The notes beneath the pieces are model-generated. The model had not been told where the DNA came from. It did not search any database and saw only the letters and a program-made list of their open reading frames with translations. A stretch of 64,000 nucleotides of DNA from Spirochaetia bacterium (GTDB lineage: Bacteria; Spirochaetota; Spirochaetia; CAKZLE01): positions 3,168,001 through 3,232,000 of the forward strand of contig OY782041.1 of assembly GCA_963677595.1 (NCBI GenBank), written 5' to 3'. A program made the translations under genes and the position numbers. Below are positions 58,777 to 64,000 of this stretch, piece by piece (within the stretch, counting starts at the first letter, position 1; every line of letters starts with the position of its first letter).

Positions 58777-60888
58777 ATGAAACCGAACTGGTTCATCCGT
58801 CTCTCCCGGATCATCATCTCTTTGATCCTGGGTCTTGTCTGTATCAGCTGTAGACCGGAGGTGTATGAAGGACTGCAGAGGCTCCAGGCCATGGAGTCTG
58901 CCCTTGGAAACCATGATCTGGGTACTTTCCTCGATAACGCCGTGCTGGTCAGGATGGAGGAGGTCATCTCGGAGGAAGGGGTAACCTACATCATGGATTA
59001 TCCGGTGATCCCGACCGGGGCAACGGCACTGGACCAGGAACTCTGCGAACAGTTCTTCTACTACCCGGAACATCATGCTGCATTCTCAGGCTTCGAGAAG
59101 GCTGCTGTTACAGACAGAGTCTCCGGTCCACTCTATTCACGCTTCACGCTCCAGAGACGTGATACCCAGGCTGCCGACCATCTCCTGGTCTACCATCAGG
59201 AAGATGCCCAGAAGCCTGTGCTCTTTGCCCTCTATACCAGGTACGGTGAAGAAGAGGTGTTCACGGATGCAGCCTTCTCATTCGAGGGGATCGAACCACT
59301 CCTCAGCCGGGACCGGCAGACACCTGAAGTTCAGATGCGGCTGCATCGGTCGGCGACCGATGCTGAGATGATCGAGATCCCCTTTACCTCCTTTCGCAGC
59401 GAGATATCGCATCTCTCCTTTGCCTTCGGCAGTCATGATGACCAGGGGGAACTGTTCAAGTCCTCCCTGCCGGTGTTGGTCACCGGTATCGAGGCTCATG
59501 AGCATGATGTCTTCATGACTATCGGTGACAGTACGCAGATAGCGTATACCCTGCAGCCTGCTGAAGCCACGAACAAGCAGGTGCAGATCTCCGTAGACAA
59601 GCCCGGGATCATCTCGGTAGATGACACCACCTTAAAGGCAGTCGGAACTGGTAAGACCCGACTGGAGATTAGGACAGAGGATGGCGGGCTTACCGACACG
59701 ATAGATATTTATGTCGATCTGCCCCCTGTCGGTGAAGCTGTATTTATCTCCGATGCAGCCAAACTCGTTGGGAATACAGAAGTGAACCTCCTCTCAAAGG
59801 TATACCCGGCCAATGCGGATCTCTCGACGATAACCTGGAGGATAACCCACCCGGAGGTCGCGTCCGTCAATACGGACGGGACGATCGTGCCGCTGCTCCC
59901 GGGAACGACGGAGATCACCGCAGAGAGCTATGACGGGCGGCTTCTGGCTGCATGTGAGGTAACGATCGTTGCGGAAGTCATCTTATCTGATTCCTTCAAC
60001 TCAGCCGGGGCACAGCGATGGACGTTTCATCCTGCCGCTCCGGAGTTCACGCTGCCTGAGACCGTCGACCGGACAGTCCCCGGGTACCGTACAGTCGGGT
60101 GGACCGAAGGAGCCTCCGGCAGCATGTACCAGCAGGATGAGACCTATGTGTTCCCGGCAGGGGAGCTCGAAGTGCTGTTCGAGCCGGTATGGACTGCAAA
60201 GGAATACACGATATCGCTCTGCCGGGACTCTGAAGTGGAGACTAAGGTCCAGGAATTCGGGGATAGTATCATACTTCCTGACTGCTATTCAAAGAATGAG
60301 ACCTCCCTCAGGTTCCTCGGCTGGAATACGCAGGAAGACGGCACAGGGCACCTCTACCGTGCAGGGGAGAGCTTTGCGATAGATGTGCCTGATGACAGGG
60401 CTCTCTTTGCCCGATGGGGTTATGAGATCGGGTCTGCAGGACCCGGCATGGGGATCGTCTACTATGATAAAGGCTATTACTCCGATGGGTGGCGTTATAA
60501 AGAGGTAGCGATCCCTGAATGGGTCGGCAACAGGAAGCGATTGCCGATCATCGAAGCTGAAGGGTCCGAACCCAGGAAGGCCCTGTTCCAGATCGATGAG
60601 GACACAAAGACCATCTCGAAGCAGCCGAAGACGGCAGCTGAACTGTGTGAGGCCTTCAGGACTGAAACAGCGAATGATTGGTACCTGCCGGAACGAGAGG
60701 ATCTGGAACAGATCCGGGGTGCAGTCTATAAAGAGAATTCAGAGAAGATCCCCTCCGGGATGTATTGGACCGCTACCAGCTTTGATGAGAAGTATAACTA
60801 CAATGAAGGCCTGTTCCAATCAGGCGGGATCGAAGGCCTGGCAGAGAAGACAGAGTCCTATTTCATACTTCCAGTGAGGAGATTCTAG
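58777..60888 (+). CDS. Lipoprotein with two Big_2 Ig domains, two InlB B-repeat-like domains and a C-terminal DUF1566/CLec-like domain
   Basis: Lipobox CISC; P.EATNK.V..AVGTGKT.L.I.TEDGG; FLGWNTQEDGTG..Y..LFARW; GPGMGIVYYDKG..WYLP..YWT..PVRRF. Confidence 0.82.
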   Translation: MKPNWFIRLSRIIISLILGLVCISCRPEVYEGLQRLQAMESALGNHDLGTFLDNAVLVRMEEVISEEGVTYIMDYPVIPTGATALDQELCEQFFYYPEHHAAFSGFEKAAVTDRVSGPLYSRFTLQRRDTQAADHLLVYHQEDAQKPVLFALYTRYGEEEVFTDAAFSFEGIEPLLSRDRQTPEVQMRLHRSATDAEMIEIPFTSFRSEISHLSFAFGSHDDQGELFKSSLPVLVTGIEAHEHDVFMTIGDSTQIAYTLQPAEATNKQVQISVDKPGIISVDDTTLKAVGTGKTRLEIRTEDGGLTDTIDIYVDLPPVGEAVFISDAAKLVGNTEVNLLSKVYPANADLSTITWRITHPEVASVNTDGTIVPLLPGTTEITAESYDGRLLAACEVTIVAEVILSDSFNSAGAQRWTFHPAAPEFTLPETVDRTVPGYRTVGWTEGASGSMYQQDETYVFPAGELEVLFEPVWTAKEYTISLCRDSEVETKVQEFGDSIILPDCYSKNETSLRFLGWNTQEDGTGHLYRAGESFAIDVPDDRALFARWGYEIGSAGPGMGIVYYDKGYYSDGWRYKEVAIPEWVGNRKRLPIIEAEGSEPRKALFQIDEDTKTISKQPKTAAELCEAFRTETANDWYLPEREDLEQIRGAVYKENSEKIPSGMYWTATSFDEKYNYNEGLFQSGGIEGLAEKTESYFILPVRRF

Positions 60889-60906
60889 GGAAATGCCTAT
60901 ACATCT

Positions 60907-62016
60907 TCAAAGGTAAGATAACCCAAAGCCATTATTGTATAAATCAGTTACCTCTGATGCATCAAGAGGCCTATCCCAAATACCAATTTCATCTATGCTT
61001 CCACTAGTAAACCAATCATTAAAATTATCCCACATGATGTATATGGTATGATCAAGCATAGTGAGTTCTGAAGTTAAAATAATATCATCTTCTATCAATC
61101 CATCAATATATATTTGTGCTGAATTATTCGTAGAACTCAAAGTGGCGGCTACATGATGCCAGTGACCATCAGCAACTACAGTTTGTGAAGTCAATGAAAA
61201 ACTATCACCAGATTCAATTTCTCTCCCAGCAAGTCCCAGTTCTCCATCTTCACAGATATAGAAGCTCCACGTATCTAAATAATACCCTTCATCAGTACCA
61301 AAGAGTCTTGTATTATCCTGTGCATTAGTTTTTAACCAAAAAGAGAAAGATTTATCTCCATTTGATATTGCAGGTAGAGCGACGTATTCGTCTATCCCAT
61401 TGAATGTGTATGCTGTTTCTACTATTCCTGATTCATTAATGGTTGCTCCATGATTTTCCCCATCAGAATCGTCAAATTGATCAATTACAGTCGGTCCAGA
61501 AGTCTCATCTAAATTGTAATAACACACCAATCCTTCAGAAGGAAATTCTGTAATGGTGCCACAAATTGCCAGATCCCCAAGTCCTACAACGATATGCATT
61601 GATATATTCGCGTTTGTAGTTTCTCCATCAGAAATAACAATTCCTTTTACTGATCCCTCAGCTACCATTACGGGATCATTAGTCTCATCTACCATATAGG
61701 CCTGCAATGTGACGGTATAAGTTCCCTCTACGATATTCTCTATTGTACCAGAGGCAATATCTGTAGTGGAATCAAAAGATAATGAGACCGGCCCATATGA
61801 AAAGAAATCATTCTCAACTGTTGCGGTGACTGTTGATACAGTTATACCATAATCTGTTTCTAAAGTTCTTGATATTGTTGACAGATCATAAGAGATTGGG
61901 AGATCAAAAGTAGCATCCCCAAATAAACCGGTAATATTACTAACCATACTACAAGAAGTCAAAGCAAATATGGCCAGAATAATAACGATGCTTCTTATCA
62001 TTCTATAACTTTTCAT
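60907..62016 (-). CDS. Lipoprotein with shared N-terminal beta-sandwich and C-terminal LamG/concanavalin-A-like domain
   Basis: Lipobox LTSC; GTYTVTLQAY; GLVCYYNLDE, SFSFWLK, DGHWHHVA, IYIDG, GSIDEIGIWDR; AT-rich. Confidence 0.83.
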   Translation of the reverse strand: MKSYRMIRSIVIILAIFALTSCSMVSNITGLFGDATFDLPISYDLSTISRTLETDYGITVSTVTATVENDFFSYGPVSLSFDSTTDIASGTIENIVEGTYTVTLQAYMVDETNDPVMVAEGSVKGIVISDGETTNANISMHIVVGLGDLAICGTITEFPSEGLVCYYNLDETSGPTVIDQFDDSDGENHGATINESGIVETAYTFNGIDEYVALPAISNGDKSFSFWLKTNAQDNTRLFGTDEGYYLDTWSFYICEDGELGLAGREIESGDSFSLTSQTVVADGHWHHVAATLSSTNNSAQIYIDGLIEDDIILTSELTMLDHTIYIMWDNFNDWFTSGSIDEIGIWDRPLDASEVTDLYNNGFGLSYL

Positions 62017-62191
62017 AACGCCCCCATGATTGAACTTTCTGCATGTTGTTTTTATTGGTCTCCAAATAGTGTTTTACTAAACTGATATAATGCATCCAAG
62101 ATAAGTATGAAAAGGAAATGGGATGGTGATAGATATGCTATGATATAAATCACCAATCCCAAATTATACTTAACCCAACTATAGTATTTTC

Positions 62192-64000
62192 TTAATACCA
62201 TTCCTCTAATGCTCTATAAACGAGTTCAGAGATTAGATTTTTCCCTTGATCAGTCACGGTATTCTCAAGCTCTAACGCTTGTCCTGCATGCCATACTCCT
62301 TCTTCTGAAGCAAAAGAGTAGTCAAAGAAAGAGTCACTGCCAAGATAATAGAATTTACGATCATCAACCAGGGTATATCCGGCAACACCTTCAACTGTTT
62401 CATTTACAGATACAAAATAGACTGGAGGAGAGCAGATAGCCCCAGACATTACATATTCACCCGTACCTTGTATTGAAATATCGATCAAGGATACAGCATC
62501 TGATGGTTTATAGAAAGTATCACACCAAATAACACTTTTAGGGATGTCATTCCCATTGAACAATCGTTGAGTGCTTATGACAGCATTCGTTTCAAGAATA
62601 GTACTTGCAGATACTGTGTATGTTTCTGAACCGGTTCTATCTACTCCACAGAATGGATTTCCTCGTATAAATAACCATTTTGCAGGGAGGGCTTCATGGT
62701 AGTTAGATTGTGAATTTTCCACAGAGTAATCAATGATAGTTTTATCCCTGTTAAGTCGCAACTCCCCACCATTTTCTAGCAGGTCTACCGCATCTCCAAC
62801 GAAAAACACCTTGCCATCCTGGTCAATATATTCATTCAGTTTATTTATCAGGACTGGACATACATTCTCAATTAAATCTGGCAAAGGGTTTCTATAATAG
62901 ATATCAGGATTCAAAGAAGTGAAATGATTCTGTATTGGGTCCTGCATAATGATCAGGTCATATTGAGAGGCATCAATATCTAAAAAATCACAGGAAGTAT
63001 ACGTATCAATTTGATATCCTGAATCAGTGAGGATACTTTCGATAAAATCCTCCTGAGTGCCAAACCCAGATAGATTCTCATACTCAATATGGTGATCAGT
63101 ATCTTGAATAGCCCGGCCGTAACCGATTGAATACAGTTCTTTAGGTACCGATGATGCATTGTAAGCTTCTAGTTCAATTAGACCTGTCTTATATATATGT
63201 GATGCAGCGGCATCAGAACCAGTGAAATTTATCTTTATATACCTTGCGAGAACTGGATCGAATGTAAATTCTTTAATATATGTATCATCTTCCCCGCTGG
63301 GAACTGTATCCGGGGTCGTATAATCCAATACGATGGTCTCCCAGTCTTCTCCATCCACCGATAGAAGTACAGAATATGTCTGGGTCTGATAATATGTGTT
63401 AACAACAACCCTATCAATCCTATATAAGTCATTGAATTCAACTTGGAACCAGTCAGGTACTCTTGTGCCAGCCCAGAAAGTTGAATCTTCCCCGTCTATT
63501 GCAGCTTCAGGAATTGCTACATAATCCATATAAGAACCATAACTACCAGCAGTTGCACTTCCTCCATTTGGTTGAAGTGCCACATTTAATCCTGCAACTT
63601 CGTCTACCTCAACACCAGAATAATACAATCCCGCTTTAACGATTCTTTTGTAGTCTGGATTGAGTAATGCTATTTTAAGATTTGATTTTACCTTGGTAGA
63701 TGCAGAAATAACATCAGAATTAGCTTTTATCCCAAGAGAATCAACAGCCTCAACTTTATAGTAGTAGGTACTTCCCATGTCTAGTCCAGAATTAATATAG
63801 TTTGAACTTGATCCAGAATAGAGGAGATTGTCAAAGGTCCCGCCAGCTGTTACGTCTTGGTATACATTATAGGTCTCCGCTTTTTCCACAGTATCCCAAG
63901 AAATTTCCTGAGTCGTCATGGTGGATGTAATGGTGATGTTCTCTGGTGGATTAATCGACAGTGCTTTTTTGATGATAATTGATTCAGATACATAAATTGA
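62192..64000 (-). CDS. Secreted protein with FN3 and F5/8 type C (discoidin) domains plus unknown C-terminal domain (5' partial)
   Basis: Frame is open to the window edge; ISWD.V..A..YNVY..TYYYKVEAV (FN3); NVAL..AIDGE.ST.W..S.DGEDW..ARYIKI..ELEAY (discoidin). Confidence 0.8.
   Translation of the reverse strand, partial: SIYVSESIIIKKALSINPPENITITSTMTTQEISWDTVEKAETYNVYQDVTAGGTFDNLLYSGSSSNYINSGLDMGSTYYYKVEAVDSLGIKANSDVISASTKVKSNLKIALLNPDYKRIVKAGLYYSGVEVDEVAGLNVALQPNGGSATAGSYGSYMDYVAIPEAAIDGEDSTFWAGTRVPDWFQVEFNDLYRIDRVVVNTYYQTQTYSVLLSVDGEDWETIVLDYTTPDTVPSGEDDTYIKEFTFDPVLARYIKINFTGSDAAASHIYKTGLIELEAYNASSVPKELYSIGYGRAIQDTDHHIEYENLSGFGTQEDFIESILTDSGYQIDTYTSCDFLDIDASQYDLIIMQDPIQNHFTSLNPDIYYRNPLPDLIENVCPVLINKLNEYIDQDGKVFFVGDAVDLLENGGELRLNRDKTIIDYSVENSQSNYHEALPAKWLFIRGNPFCGVDRTGSETYTVSASTILETNAVISTQRLFNGNDIPKSVIWCDTFYKPSDAVSLIDISIQGTGEYVMSGAICSPPVYFVSVNETVEGVAGYTLVDDRKFYYLGSDSFFDYSFASEEGVWHAGQALELENTVTDQGKNLISELVYRALEEWY

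Noticed and set aside
52699-60888. Diversity-generating retroelement suggested by two CLec/DUF1566-like C-termini
   Set aside because: No reverse transcriptase or Avd gene, and the two segments are not near-identical DNA differing at adenines, so no TR/VR pair is visible.

Overview
Bacterial chromosomal window, probably from a free-living spirochaete (inference from the FAGGAQE-type solute-binding protein and many spirochaetal-style lipoprotein signal peptides). It has four blocks. (1) 1-6012 is an accessory/defence-like patch: AAA+/DUF4143 ATPase end, orphan IS66 TnpA-like gene, DUF6904-like gene, pRiA4b ORF3-like gene, and an AT-richer SF1 helicase fused to a DUF559/Vsr-like nuclease. (2) 6133-21517 is an amino-sugar/MurNAc utilisation cluster (murQ, MurK-like kinase, sugar ABC transporter, AGE epimerase, FucI-like isomerase, PMI-like cupin, ROK kinase, tandem GNAT, MurR/RpiR, DUF5107-TPR), followed by a second AAA+/DUF4143 gene with twin palindromic operators. 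(3) 22839-29697 (minus strand) holds divergent gcvPA/gcvPB-like genes, an ATP-NAD-kinase-like gene, an APC permease and a DegT-type aminotransferase. (4) 30447-64000 is the most unusual part: a ~34 kb surface-lipoprotein locus. It contains an atypical LuxR response regulator, a 1962-aa lipoprotein of ~20 tandem beta-sandwich repeats, a 339-aa module-only lipoprotein and a mosaic tandem array of four paralogous lipoproteins. One paralog is split by an IS1634 with 30-bp IRs and a TTAAC target duplication, and one is internally deleted. Interchangeable adhesin-like C-termini occur (FG-GAP propeller, DUF1566/CLec-like, LamG), and a LolA-like + MMPL/RND + beta-barrel trio is embedded in the locus. 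A shared Cys-tether-beta-strand-Arg N-terminal pattern suggests, by inference only, a type V pilus-like or dedicated lipoprotein export/assembly system. No rRNA, tRNA, CRISPR array or reverse transcriptase was seen.
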